64,000 bases of DNA from Scenedesmus sp. PABB004 (GCA_014905635.1 CM026547.1:2914001-2978000); one strand, 5' to 3'; numbered from the stretch's first letter, positions 21,636-34,859 are shown. The notes: generated by a model from the sequence alone, not told the origin. Program-made: numbers and translations.

Positions 21636-22037
21636 CGGGCCGCCGGCGGTTTTGCGAGCGCAGCGCGGCCGCGCCAGCACGACGGCGCTGAAAGAGTGCC
21701 GCCTCTGCGCCTGCGGTCACCCTCCTGGCCAACCCTGCGCCCGCCTCCACCCTCGACGGCGGCAGCAGCAGCAGCAGCGTCTGCGCTCGCGCCCGCAGCG
21801 GCTGCCGGCCAGCCCGCCCCTCCCGTCGTCAGCGCGACGCTCGGGAAGCTTCACGCTTCCGGCGCGCGCCCTGCCGGCGCCGCTGCGAGCGGAGGGCGGG
21901 CAGCAGCAGGGCCGCATCGATCCCCCGCCTCCCCCCTCGTCGGCGCCGCCCCTTCGCGGCGGCAGCCGTGCTGAGCGTGCAGGAGCGGGCCCGTATTTGC
22001 CCCCGCGCCGGCGCTTGAGCTGCGGCGGCGGGCAGGC

Positions 22038-22692
22038 ATGGCGCGCTACGGGCGGCTGCTGCTGCAGCGCCTCACGTTCAGCTACTGCGACCGCATGGGC
22101 AGCTCCCGCGGCATCAGGTGCGCGCGCCTCTGGGGCGCATGGTTGGCGGCCACGCCGCGCGCCGCCGCGCGCGCTCAGCGCAGCCGCGCGCCGCGACGCG
22201 GTCGCGCAGGGAGTATATCGAGCAGCAGCTGCCGGCGTTTGCGGCGGCGCACCCGCACGTCGCGGTCGAGACGCAGCAGAAGCGCAACCGCTTCCCCTGG
22301 GTCAAGGCGGAGTACGGTGAGCGCGCGCGTCCGGCGGCGCCGCGGCGCACGCGCGCTGGCGGCGCCGGCGGGCGGCGTGTTGGCGCGATGCACTCACGCC
22401 GCGCGCCCACGCCGCCGCCGCAGCCCTGCTGCCCAACGACGCGCAGCACCTGGAGCGCCAGCTGCTGCGGCAGGCGGCCGGCGGCGGCGGCAGCGGCGCA
22501 GACGCGCGGGTGAACAGCAACGTCATCGGCGTGAAGCACTGCAGCGCCGCCGACGTGAAGGAGGTGGTGTGGTGGCTGTCGCAGAGCCAGGGCCGGCCCA
22601 AGACGCGGCGCGTGCCGACCAAGCACATCGCGAGCAAGCAGCCGAGCATACAGGGCGCGTGGACGGCGGCGACGTTCGGCGTCGCGCGGTGA
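22038..22692 (+). CDS. MRPL43: Mitochondrial ribosomal protein mL43 (L43/L51 family), 3 exons
   Basis: LQRLTFSYCDRMGSSRGIREYIEQQLPAFAAAHPHV...PWVKAEY...SKQPSIQGAWT. Confidence 0.85.
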
Positions 22693-22979
22693 TGACGGCG
22701 CGTGCTGGGGGCTGGTCGTGCAGCGAGGGGCTGCTGCTGCTGGCGCGGCGGCGGGGCGGCGAGCGGCTGGCTGGCAGCAGGGCCAGGGCGGGACGACCCC
22801 CGGGCGACGGTGCCGCCGGCGGTTCTCGGCGGTTCTGTGCAACCGCCTGACGGCAGCTCCACCCCAGCAGCTCCGTCGCCAGCAGCATTCCCAGCCGCGC
22901 GCCAGCCCTCGCTGCCTGCTCCCTGGGCTCCGGGGCCGCTTCGCAGAGGCCCGCCGCCGCAAAGCAGCGCAGCAGCAAG

Positions 22980-24474
22980 ATGGCGATGCCATCGCGAGAC
23001 CTCATCCAGGACATCACGACGCGCTTCATCCTGACGGCTCCCGCGGAGCAGCTCGAGTGAGGGGGCCGCTGAGCGCGCCGGGGGCCGGCGCGACGATTGC
23101 CCGACCGGCTCACCCCGCCCCGCGCGCCAGGTTCTTCGAGAGCATCATGTTCCTGGTGGAGCAGGCGCACTGGTACTACGAGGTGAGCCGCGACGGCTGC
23201 CGGGGGGCCCGGGCTGCACGCGGCGACAGCGCACGCTCGCGCGCCGCTGCTGGCGGCACGCGCACCTCCGTTGCCGTGCGCGGCGCAGGACTTTGTGCGC
23301 GAGAGCGACACCAGCCTGAGGAGCCTGGGGCTCAAGGAGTTCGCCATCGTGGTGTTCGAGAACTGCCCCGAGCTCAGCGAGCACGTGGTGCGCCGCCGCC
23401 GCCCGCTGGCGCCGCGCCGCCCTCTGCTGGCGCTTGCGCCGCGTGCGCCCCCGCGGCGGCGCCGGCCGACCGCGCGCGCCCGTGTGCGCCCCGTGCGCGC
23501 GCGCGGCGCGCAGGGCAACATCGAGCAGATCATGGACCACTTCAAGGCGTTCAAGAAGAACGTGCCGGTCATGGGCGCGATCCTGCTGGACCGGCCCCTG
23601 CAGCGCGTGCTGCTCGTCAAGGGCTGGAAGAACTCCGCCTGCTGGGGCTTCCCGCGCGGCAAGATCCACAAGAACGAGACCGACGCGCAGTGCGCGGTGC
23701 GCGAGGTGCTGGAGGAGACGGGGTACGACATCGAGGGCCTCGTGGGCGAGGACGACTTCATCGAGCTCACGCTCGACGGCAAGCGCAACAAGCTCTACAT
23801 CGTCGCGGGGCTCGACCCCGACAGCGCGCAGTTCGCGCCCAAGTGCAAGGGGGTGCGCGCGGCGCCGCCGCCCGTGGGCGCAGCGGGCGCGGCGGGGGCG
23901 GCGCGCGGCGCGCGGGCGCAGCATGGGCGGCCCGCAGCGCCCCCCCCCCCCCCACACACACACGCACACTCACGCACACGCACGCACACACACACACACG
24001 CACACACACACGCGCACACACAACACCGCAGGAGATTGGCGGCTACGCGTGGCACCGCATCGCTGACCTGCCGGCGTCGCGCGACGAGGGCAACCAGACC
24101 TTCCTGTCGGAGGACGGCGTGAAGCACAAGTTCTTCATGGCGCGCGCGCGGGCGCGCCGCGGGAGGCGGGCGGGGCGCGGGGCCCGCCGCGCGGCGCGGC
24201 GCCCACCCCGCCGGCGGCGCCGGCGCTGTCGCCAGGTGTGGCCGTACCTAAAGCCGCTGCGCAAGTGGATCAAGAAGCGGCACCACAACATGCCCGAGTG
24301 GGACATGCCCGCCCCCGCCGCGGCGGGGGCGGGGCCCGCCGTCGTGCACACGCCGTACGTGCCCGCGCACGTGCAGCACCTGTTCGCCGACACGGCGGGC
24401 GCGCCGTCGCCGCAGGCGCCCAGCGCGCTGGAGCAGCTGCTGCGCGGCAGCAAGAAGAAGCAGCAGGCGCAGAC

Positions 24475-24531
<57 letters not shown>

Positions 24532-24715
24532 ATCGCCGGCGCCGGTGCGCGCGGGCAACGGCGCCGCGCTGCAGGGCCCGCTGGCCGCGCTGTTCGGGGC
24601 GGCGGGCGGCGCGCCCGCCCCCGCCCCCGCCGCGTCTGCCGCGCCGCAGCAGCCGCCGCGTGGCGGGCGGGGCTTTGCCTTTGACCGCCAGGCCATCCTG
24701 CGCGCGCTCGCCTAG
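22980..24715 (+). CDS. DCP2: mRNA decapping enzyme DCP2, 6 exons
   Basis: Box A (DITTRFILTAP, FLVEQAHWYYEDF), Nudix box WGFPRGKIHKNETDAQCAVREVLEETG, KFFM|VWPY with a GC donor at 24140; polyQ tail. Confidence 0.95.
23954..24024. repeat. Imperfect (CA)n microsatellite in a DCP2 intron
   Basis: cacacaca/cacgca tract; a similar tract lies at 29526-29570 in an ABCF intron. Confidence 0.85.
24476..24529 (+). repeat. (CAG)n tract encoding polyQ in DCP2
   Basis: About 18 consecutive CAG codons. Confidence 0.9.
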
Positions 24716-25049
24716 GCGGCGGTGCGCCGTGCTCAGCTGCTGCGTGGCGCCGGGCGGTGGTCGCCGCGCCGGCTGGGCAGCTGGGGCGCGCGGGCGCGGC
24801 GCTCGGGTTGAGGTGGCTGCGCGCTGGGCCCGGCGGGAGCAAGGGCTGCACTGCGGGCTGTGGGAGAACGACCCAGTGGGCTCAGGCACTGCTTCCCTGG
24901 AACTGCTGCGCTGACCTGACTCGCGCGGAGGCGGCATTCGTTGGTCCGCGCGTCATCGCTGCCGGGGGCGGCCCCCTCTGGCGCGGGCCCGGCACTGCCC
25001 ATCACACCTGCTCTGCTGGCGCCCGCGCGCGCAGCGACTGGTGCTGAGA

Positions 25050-25062
25050 TTACAGTGTGTAA
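25050..25062. promoter_or_regulatory. Back-to-back TGTAA poly(A) signals on both strands (TTACA-gtg-TGTAA) for convergent RNase T2 and DCP2
   Basis: TTACA at 25050-25054 and TGTAA at 25058-25062 in the short intergenic region. Confidence 0.6.
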
Positions 25063-25246
25063 GCATCACGCGCGCGCGCCGTGGCGGCGCTGCGCAGCTC
25101 GCTTGTTATCGCGTGAGAACGGCTCGTGCGTGGAAAGCGATCAATCGCTCAGGTACAGGCAGCACGCACACACAGAGAGTACAGGGGACAGCACAGGCGC
25201 GGCGCCCGCATGCACAGGCGATAAAGTACAGTTCGTACGCGCGGCG

Positions 25247-26672
25247 TCACACCGCCACCGCGCCGCGCAGCGGGGCCAGCGCGCCGCCCGGCAGCGCCGC
25301 GTAGCCGTGCTCGCCCCCGGCCCCCGCCGCCGCCGCGCGCCGCAACGCCGTCGCGGCGGCCGCGGCGCTGCCGAGCAGCGCGCCCGCGACCAGCGCCGCG
25401 AGCAGCGCCAGCGGCGGCAGCGCGGGCGCGTCCAGCACGTCGTCCATGAACGCCGCCGCCGCCCGCTCGCCGCCGCCGTCGCCGTGGCGGGCGAGCTTGG
25501 GGATGAGCACCGTGGTGCAGTCGGCGTTGGTCGGGCGCGCCGGCGCGCGCCGCCGGCGGGCGCGGCGCGGTGCGGGTGCGGGCCGTCCACGCAGTCGATG
25601 GGGCGGAGCTTCTTGTTGATGCACATCCAGATCTGACGGAGGGGGGGGGGATGAGGGGCGGCGCGGGGGCGGTCAGCGGCGGCCGCGTGCGGGGCGGCGC
25701 GTGCCGCTACGCGCCGCCGCCGCCGCGCACCTCGGCGAGCTCGCCGCGGTCGTCGCAGGTGACGTGGGGCATCACGCCGTACGCGTCCTCCACCGCGCCC
25801 TTGATGTGCTGCACCGCGTAGCGCCGTGTGTTGCTCGGCTCGATGCCCGCGTCGGCGAGCGCGTCCTGCAGGTTGAGCCGGCGGTGCAGGCGCAGCACGG
25901 CGTCGAAGAACGCGTGCTGCCCGCCGACGACGCGCTCTGCGCACGTGCCGTGCCGCGTCCACTCGTGGTTCCAGAAGCTCTCGTCGTCGCTCGACCAGCT
26001 CGGCCACACGCGCTCGAGCTCGGGCAGCAGGTCGTCGATGTCGCGCTCCTCCAGCGTGCTGTCAGGGTCGCAAAACTCGGGCCACGTGCCGTCGCGCCGC
26101 TGCGGCCAGAAGCCGTGCACCGTGAAGCGGTACCTGTGGCCGGGCGCGGCGGCAGCGCGGGCGGGCGGCGGGTCGGCACCGGCGCGCGCGGCAGTCGCGC
26201 GCGCGCGGCAGCGGCGCGCGCTGCGGCGCCGCCGGGGCATCTTTGCGCGGCGCCGCTGGCTGGGGGCGGGACCCGCGCCCCTGCGCCGCCCGGGCCGGCG
26301 CGGACGGGGCGGCGGCGCCCCAGCGCCGCGCGGCGTGGCCCAACCAATCTCTCACTTGTGCGGCGGGCGGTGCGTGCAGGTGTGCTCGTTGCAGAAGGTG
26401 GCGGGCCACTGCCTGCGACGGGGGCGGCGCGGGCGGGCTTGGGCGCCCGCGCGATGGCCAACCAACCACGCCGCTGCGTGCGAACGCGGCGGCGGCGCAT
26501 CCGCCGCTTCGGGCGGCCGCCCTCCCGCCCCTTTGCGCGGCCACCCCCCGCACCTGACGAGGTAGAAGTAGTCAAAGTCCGCCCGGCGCTCCAGGCCGTC
26601 CGCCGCAGCGGCGCAGGCCAGCCCCGCCGCCGCGAGCAGGGCCGCCAGCGCTGCTGCCGCGCGCCGCGCCAT
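25247..26672 (-). CDS. Ribonuclease T2 with signal peptide and C-terminal hydrophobic segment
   Basis: FDYFYLVRQWPATFC, CAS I FTVHGFWP, CAS II FWNHEWTRHGTCA, EIWMC; a frame break at ~25530-25590 precedes the C-terminal part. Confidence 0.9.
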
Positions 26673-27226
26673 GGTCGCTGCTGCCGGCGTTGCGAGTGGG
26701 TGGGCGCCGGGCGCACGTGGTGTGGTCTCGTGGAGGCGCAGGGGCTGGCCTGGAGCGCGCAGACCAAGCGGCGGCGGTGTAAGGGCTTAGGCGGCGCGGC
26801 CGAGCTGTGCGACGGGGAGCGACACCCCTGCAGTGAGGCAGAGCTCAGCGCGGGGCGCTGAGCGCTCAGCGCCCCGCGCGCACACGCCACGCGCGCGCGG
26901 CGGCCGAGGGCGGGCGGTGGGCAGGCTCGGCGGCGGCCCGGCGCGCACGGCGCCGCGCAAACGCGCGGTCGCGCTCACGACCGGCCTCCCCTGCTCCAGC
27001 TGCTCGCGGATCGCTGCCAGGCGCCGGGCACGCGGTTGCCTGCGCGCTGGGGCGCGCGTCCGGCGCGCGCGCGCCCCGCTCGCTCGCTCGCTCGCTCGCT
27101 CGCCTGCCTCTCCCTATCTCTCTCGGCGCCTTGCACGCGCGCCGCCGCACGCCGCGCGCGGCAGGCAGCAGCGCTCGCCGCGGCGGCGGGCGCCGTGCCG
27201 GCGCGCGCAGCGTCCTCCCTGCTCTA

Positions 27227-29622
27227 CTACTCGTCGTCCTCGTCGAGCTCCGCGTTGATCTCCTTGACCAGCTCGTTGCGGTAGTCGTCAAAGTCGCCGT
27301 TATAAAACGTGATCTTGCCGTCGTCCACGATCCACACCTGCGCGCGCGCACGCCGCGCCGCGCGGCGGGAGGGCGGGCGGGCGGGCGGGCGCTCAGCGGC
27401 GGTGTGCGCGCGCGCCCGACGCCGCCGGGCGGGCGGCTCGGGGCGCAGGCCGCCGCGGCCGGCCGCGCGGGCCCGGCGCCGCGCGCGCCTCGCTGCGCTC
27501 TTCGTCCGCGCAGAGGCGGCTGAGCAGCTGCGAGTCGTGGCTGATGACCACCACGCCGCCCTGGAACTCGTCGAGCGCGTCGCACAGCGCGTCGATCGAC
27601 TGCGCGCGGCGGCGGCGGCGGCGCGGGGCGTTGGATTGCCGGAGGGGAGGGGTGACGGGGCCGGGGCGGGCGCAGCGCCGTGTCTGGCGGCCCGCGCGCG
27701 GCGCCTGGGCGGTGCCGTGTTGCCGTGTGCCGCGCGCACCTGCATGTCCAGGTGGTTGGTCGGCTCGTCCAGCAGCAGGATGTGGGGCCGGCTGAGCGCG
27801 ATGGCGGTGAACACCACGCGCGCCTTCTGACCGCCTGCGGGCGGGGGCGGCCGGCCGCGGCGCGCGGCGCGTCAGCGGCCGCGCCGCCGCACCGGCGCGC
27901 GCCCTCGCGCCGCGCGCGCCCCTCGTGTGCCCCCCCACCCAACCACCCAACCACCCACGCGCGCGCGCGCGCGCGCACCCGAGAGCTTGATGATGGGCGT
28001 GAGGTGGTGGTGCCCCGACAGCCCAAACCGCCCCAGCATGCCGCGCATGCCCTCGGGCTTGAGCCCCGCCTCGGGGAACTTGTTCATCAGGTACTCCACA
28101 GGGTTTTCGTCAAACGCGAGCGCGTCGACAAAGTGCTGGTTGTACCGCCCGATGCGCAGCTTGTGGCTGCGCCGGCTCTCGCCGCACGTCGGCTCGAGGT
28201 CGCCTGGCGCGGCCGCGCGCGCGCGCGCGGCGCGGCGGTGGTGCGGGCGGGGGTGAGCCGCGCGCAGCCGTCCCGCCGCCACCAGCCCACACGCAACCCA
28301 CACCCGCCACCCACCGCCACCCACCCACCCACCCACCCACACGCGTGACCCCGCCGCGCACGTGACCCCGCCGCCGCGCCCGTCGCTCCGCGCACCCGAG
28401 AGCAGGTTCATGAGCGTCGTCTTGCCCGCGCCGTTGGGCCCCGCGATCGCCACGCGGCTGCCCATGTCGATGCCGATGTTGATGCACGACAGGCCAAAGT
28501 CGTCACGGCCTGCGCGCGTGGCGCGGCGGGGGCAGCCGGGGCGCGTGAGCCGCGCGCGCGCGCGGCGGCGGCAGCGGGCCGGCCAGCGCGGGGGCGCCGC
28601 GCGGGCGCGCGCGGCCCCGCCGGCGGCGGTCCCGAGAGCAGTCGCGCCGGGGCAGCCGGCGCGCCCGGCACCGGGCCCGCCGTGCTCCCCGGCTGCGTCG
28701 CGCGCCTGGGTACTTGAAGTCTGCGTCCACCAGCTGCATCAGCGGCGGCGGCAGCTCGGTGGGCTCGGGGAAGTGGAAGCTCACGCTGTAGTCGCTCCAG
28801 CGCTGCGGCGCGTTGCTGCTGCTCGCGCCCGCGTCGTCGACCGGCTCCGCCTTGCGCCCGCCGCCGCGCTTGGCCTGCTGGCGCTGCGCGTTGGCGAGGA
28901 CCTTCTCCTGGTTGGCCTTGCTGTTCTTGCCGCTCTGCTTTGCCGCCTTCATCTGCTTCTCATACTTCTCAAACGCCTTGTTCACCTGGCGGGGGCGGCG
29001 GCGCCAGGGGGCGGGCCGGGCGCGCGGCGGGAGGGGCAGGGGGCGGCGGGGCGTCGGCCCCGGCCCACGCCAGCTCTGCTGCGCCCCGCGCGTTCCTGCC
29101 CCGCCGCTGCGCCGCCGCCTGCCGGCCCAGCCCTGCGCGGCGGGTCGCGCCGGGTCGCGCACCTCGCGCCGCTTCTGCTCGTACATCTCCTCAAACTGCG
29201 CAAAGTTGCCGCGGTAAAAGTGGAGCTTGAGGTCGTGCAGGTGGATGATGTCGGTCGTCACGCTGTTGAGGAAGTCGCGGTCGTGGCTGACCACGATCAG
29301 CGTCTTCTTCCACCTGACCCCACGCCGCGCCGCGCGGCACAGGGCGGCGGCACGGGTGAGCTGTGTGCGCGTGCGTGCGCGTGTGCGCGCGCGCGCGCGT
29401 GCGTGCGCGTGCGTGCGCGTGCGCGGGAGCGCGCGAGCAGGCAAGCCCCAGCCGCTGCGCCGCGCCGCGCCGCGCCGCGCCGCGCCGCCTGGCCCGCGCC
29501 CTCACACCCCCGCCCCCCCCCCCTGCCCACACACACACACGCACACACACGCACACACACACACACGTGCGCGCCCACACGCGCACCGCATGAGGTACTC
29601 CTCGAGCCAGAGGACGGCCCGC

Positions 29623-29659
<37 letters not shown>

Positions 29660-32045
29660 GCGTGGGCTGGATGTAGAGCGCGCGCGCGAGGCTGATGCGC
29701 ATGCGCCACCCGCCGCTGAAGCTGCTCGTCGCGCGCTTCTGCATCGCCGGCGTGAAGCCGAGGCCGTGCAGGATCTTGCTCGCGCGGCTCTCCGCCGTCG
29801 ACGCGCCCAGCTGTGGGCGGCGCGCGGCGCGGCGCGCGCGCGCGCGCGCGTTGAGCCCGGCGCAGCGGCCGCCCAGCGCCGCACGGCGCCCCGCTCCCTC
29901 CCTGCGTGCACGCAGCACGCGGCGCCAGGCGGCGCGCGGCGCGCTGTGCGCGCTGTGCGCGCTGTGTTTGTGTGTGTGTGCCGCGCGGGGGCGTCACCTC
30001 GTTCATGCGGTCGTAGATCTCGTTCAGCCGCGCGCTCGCCTCGTCCATGTCAAACACCGCGTCGTGCTCCTCCGCCGTCATGCTGTCCTGCAGCTGCTGC
30101 TCCTCAACCCTGCGCGCGCGCGCGGCGTGTGGGCGCGCGGCGGCGTGGGCGCGCCGCGCCGCAGCACCGGCAGCGCCGGCCGCGCCGGCGGCCCCCGCCC
30201 GCAGCCCCTTGCCCCGCCCCTGCGCCTCCACGCCCTATACCCCCCCCCCCCGTCCTCTGGTCCTCTGGTCCTCGCCTGAGCTCCATGAGCTCCACGTCTG
30301 CCGCCACGACCGCCTGCAGCGCCGTCTGGTCGTCCATGCCCACCACCTCCTGCTCCACCAGCAGCACGTCGATGTTCTCGGGCACCGGGATCTGCCTGCG
30401 CGCCGCGGCGGACGGCCGCGACGCGGCGCGCGGTCGGCGGCGGGCGCGCACCCCCGGCTGCGCGCAGCGGGCCGGCGCGCTGGCCCCGCGGGCGCCGCCG
30501 CCGCCCCGCCCCCCCCCTCCTCCCACCCACCCACCTGCGTGCCATGAGTTTGAGCAGCGTGCTCTTGCCCTTGCCGTTGGGCCCCGCCAGGCCGTAGCGC
30601 CGCCCCGCCGCGATGGTGAGACTCGTGTTCTCCAGCAGCACCTTCCCCTTGGCGCGGATGGTCAGGTTGGTCACCTGCGGCGGCGTGCGAGCGCGCGGCC
30701 GTGAGGCGGCGCGCGGGCCGACGGGCGCCCGGCCGCGCGGCGTCGCGCGCGCCGCCGGGTGCGCGCCTTGACGTCGGTGGCCGACGCGAAGGGCTCGTCC
30801 GTGCCCATGCCCTCAAAGGCCACGTCAAACACGTTCTCATCCTCGCGCAGCGCGTCGGCCTTGGCGCTGCGCGGCGCGGCGCGGCGCGGGACGGGGCGCG
30901 TCAGCGCCTGCGCGGCCCCGGGCGGCGCCGCTCCCACCGCCGCCCTGCCCGCCTGCCCCGCCGCCCCGCCGCGGCCCTGCCCCCGCGCCCGCGCGCCCGC
31001 CGCCGCGCCCCACCGCAGGGCCTTCTCCATCGCCATGCGCTCCTTGTCGGCCAGCTTCTTGGTCTCGCGGTCAGACGCCTGCGCGCGGCGGGCGCGAGGG
31101 GGCGCTCGCCGCCGGTGCGGGGCGGCTGCCGGCGCGCGCGTCGCCCGCGCTCCCCGCCGCCTCCGCGCGCCGCCCGCGCCGCTTGCCGCCGCTGCGGGCG
31201 CCGCCGCACCTGGACCATGAGGGGCCCCTTGTCAAACTCCCTGCGCTCCACCTCCTCCTCCTCCTCCTCGCTCGGCGGCAGGTCCAGGCCCGCCAGGTAG
31301 TCGTCCCCGGGCGCGGCCTTGGCCGCGCGCTTCACCGGCGGCGGCGGCCGCGGCGGCGGCGCGCGCGGCGCCGGCGGCGGCGCCTTCTTGGCGTCGCCCG
31401 CGCCGCCGGCGCTGTGCTTGCCGTCCTTGTGCTTCACCGCGGCGCCGTCCTTGTGCTCCTTGTGCTCCTTGTGCTTCTTCTCACCCGGCTCCTTGTCCTG
31501 CGCAGCGCGGCGCGGCAGCTCAGCCGGCGCGCCGCTTGGCGCAGCTGCGGCTGGCGGCAACTGCTGGCCGCCGCTGCTGCGCCTGCTCCGCCTGCTGCGC
31601 CCGCTGCGCCTCCGGGCACCTTCTTGTCCTGGCGCGGCGCGGCGGGCGAGGCGGTCGGCGGGCGGGGCAGCGCGGCGGCGGGACGCGTCAGCCGGCTGCT
31701 GTGGCACCCAGCTCCCCCGCCCGCGCCCGCTGTGCCCGCTGCGGCTGCTGCGGCTGCAGCGGCCGCTGCGCCTGCTGCGGCTGCCGTTCGCCGGGCCCCG
31801 CGCGGCGCGGCGCCGGCGCTGCCGCCGGCGCACCTTCTTGTCCTTCTTGTCCTTGTCCCCCTTGTCCTTCTTCTCCTTCTTCTCAGACGGGTCCTTGTCC
31901 TGCGCGCGCGCGAGCACGCAGCGCCGCGGGCGCGAGACGGACAGCAGCGGCGTCGGGCGGCGCGCGGCGCGGCGGCCATGCGGCGGCCGGCGCTGTCGCG
32001 CACCTTCTTCTCCTTCTTCTCCTTCTTCACCTCGTCCCCCGCCAT
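27227..32045 (-). CDS. ABCF: ABC-F family ATPase (ABCF1/plant ABCF4-like), ~17 exons
   Basis: Lys-rich N-terminus; [51 protein letters not shown]; second cassette [34 protein letters not shown]. No TM domains. Four GC donors (30766, 30275, 28705, 27488). Confidence 0.95.
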
Positions 32046-32483
32046 TGCGGCGGCGTGGGCTGCAGCAGCAGCAGCAGCCGGCGCGAGTGATGGCCCTCCC
32101 TGGGCGGTTGCCCTGGCGGCGTGGATTGCGCTGCCGGCGCCGCAACGGTCGCGGTGAGACGGCCGCGGTCTGGGCGCGGCCTGGGCGCACCGCACGGGGC
32201 AGGCACGGCGGCAGGCGGGGCGAGTTAGTGACGAGCGAGGCCCCAAAACACGCGCCCGGCGCGCTCGGCGGTCTCTCGCAGGCTCACCGAACGCGCCCTC
32301 GCAGCCGCGCCGCACTCTGCGCCTCGCCCGCCGCGCCGCCCCACGCCGCCCGCCGCGCCACCGCGGCAGCGCCGCACCCCGCGAGCACAGCTCCCTCGCC
32401 GTCCCGTAATCTTGGCCTCGCCGCCTGGCATCGCGGCGCGCGGCCGGCACCCAGCGGCGGCCCGCGGCGGCCGCGGCGGCGCC

Positions 32484-34756
32484 ATGCTGCTGCGCCACCT
32501 CCGCGCCGTCGCATGCGGCGGCCGGGCGGGCCTGCCCCGCCTCGGCCGCGCCTGGCCGGCAGGCCTGGTGGCGCGTCCCGGCGCTGGCGCGGAGCGCAGG
32601 CTCGGCGGCCGCGAGCCGCCGCGCCCGGCGCGCGACGCCGCGTGCGGCGCGGGCCTCGCCATCGGCCGGCCCTACTCCGCCGGCCCAGAGCGCCCGGCGG
32701 GCTTTGAGGACATGGGCCTGCTGCCCAGCCTCATGAACGCCGTGCGCGCGGCCGGCTTCGCCAAGCCCACGGAGATCCAGGTGCGCGGCGGCTCGGCGCG
32801 GCGGCGGCGCGGCGGCGGCGCGCCGCGCAGACCCCGCCCACGCGCGCCCGGCGGCGCCCGCAGGCCCTGGCCGTGCCCGCCATCGCGGGCGGCGGCGACT
32901 TCTTGCTGTGCAGCCAGACGGGGAGCGGCAAGACGCTGGCCTACCTGCTGCCGGTCGTGCAGCGCATGAAGCAGCTCGAGGACGGCCCCGACGCGGCGCG
33001 GCGCGCGAAGCGGCCCAAAGTCGTGGTGCTGGGGCCGACCAAGGAGCTGACCGAGCAGATCACCGCCGTCGCCAAGACGCTCTGCCACCACGCCAAGTTC
33101 CGCGCCGTCTGCTGCAACTCCAACGCCAGGTGCGCGCGGGCGGCGGCCCCGCAGCCGCGGCACCGCAGCGCACGCCCGGCGCAGCCCCTCACGCACCACG
33201 CCCCCTGCCGCGCCGCGCCGCAGCCTGGCGTCGCAGGCGGCAAAGCTGGCGGGGCCGGTCGACATGGTCGTCGCGACGCCGCAGCGCCTGCGGCAGCTGC
33301 TCGACGCGGGCAGCGTCGCGCTGGGCGACGTGCAGTGGCTGGTCATCGACGAGGCGGACACCATGTTTGACCAGGGCTTTGGCGAGGACGTCGGCGCGCT
33401 GCTCGGCATCCTGCGCGCCAAGGCGGCGCCCGCGCAGGCGGTGCTCGTGTCGGCGACGATGACCAAGGCGGTCAAGCGCCTCGCCGACGCGCAGCTGCCC
33501 GGCCTGCTGCGCCTCGAGGCGGCCGGCTTCCACCGCCCCACCGCGACCGCGCGGCACGACTTCCGCGTGCTGCCGCCCGGCGGCGACAAGCTGCAGCTGC
33601 TGCAGGAGCTGCTCGCCGGCGACGCGGCGCGGCGGCGCAAGGTGCTCGTGTTTTGCGGCAGCGTCGACAGCGTGCGCGCGGTCGAGCACTGCCTGTCCGA
33701 GCGCGGGCTGCCGGTGGTGTGCTACCACGGAGACATGCCCCTCGCCGCGCGCAAGGACGCCATGGCCGCGTTTGCAGGCGCGCGCGCGCCCGCGCCCCGC
33801 GCCCGCGCCGCGCCGCGGCCGCGGCCGTGCGCCGCCCACGCGCCGCCGCGCGCCGTGCCGCGCGCCAGGCTCGAGCGCGGACGCGGGCGCCGACGCGCCG
33901 TGCATCATGGTCGCGAGCGACCTCGCCGCGCGGGGGCTTGACTTTCCGGGCACCATCGACCACGTGGTCAACTTTGACTTCCCCTCAAACGCGATCGACT
34001 TCCTGCACAGGCGCGGCACGGGCCGCGCGCGCCCGGCGCGCGCGGGCGCACGCGTCGAGCGCACGCGTGCGGCGGGCGCGCCGGCCGCCGACCCCGCCGA
34101 CCCCCGCCGACCCCCGCCGGCCCCCGCCGCCGCCGCGCCGCGCGCGCAGGTCGGGTCGCACCGCGCGCGCGGGCGCGACGGGGCGCGTGACGTCGCTGCT
34201 GGGCCCGCGCGACCGCCGGCTCGCGGCGGCGATCCAGTACGCCCTGGACAAGGGCCTGCCGCTGGACCAGGTCACAGCGAGCGGCGCGGCGCCGGCGCCG
34301 CCGCCGGCGGGCCAGGCGGGCGAGGCGGGCGCCAAGCACAGCCCGGCGAAGCGCGCGAAGGCGCAGGAGGCGCGGTGGAACCCGGAGCACAAGTTCCTCC
34401 ACCTCCGCGACGGGCAGCCGATCGTGCCGTTCAAGGAGCTGCTCGCGGGCAAGGGCGGCGACGAGCGCAAGCGCCTGCTGTATGAGATCGCGCTGGACGT
34501 CAAGGAGTGGCGCCGCTGGCGCCACGCGCGCGCCGTCGCGCGCGCGGCCAAGCGCCGCGCCAAGGACGACGCCGCCGCGGCCGCGCCGCGCGGCGGCGGC
34601 GGCGGCGGCGGCGGCGCGCCGCGGCGGCCCGCCGAGCCGGAGGAGCGGTGGAAGGCGAAGGTCGCGCAGAAGCGGCGGCGCCAGCAGCAGGAGCGGGAGC
34701 AGTCGGGACCGGGGCGCGGCCGGCAGCAGCAGCAGCAGCAGCGCAGGGGCAAGTGA
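32484..34756 (+). CDS. Organelle-targeted DEAD-box RNA helicase (RH39/RH50-like), 5 exons
   Basis: Q motif FEDMGL...[56 protein letters not shown] donors at 33778 and 34011. Confidence 0.9.
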
Positions 34757-34859
34757 GCGCGGCGCGCGCGAGCGAGCGCGGCGCGCGGCCGGCACGGCGG
34801 CGCAGCTGCTGTTGCAACGTGTGCACACGAACCCCCCCCCCGCCGCCGCCCCCCGCCGG

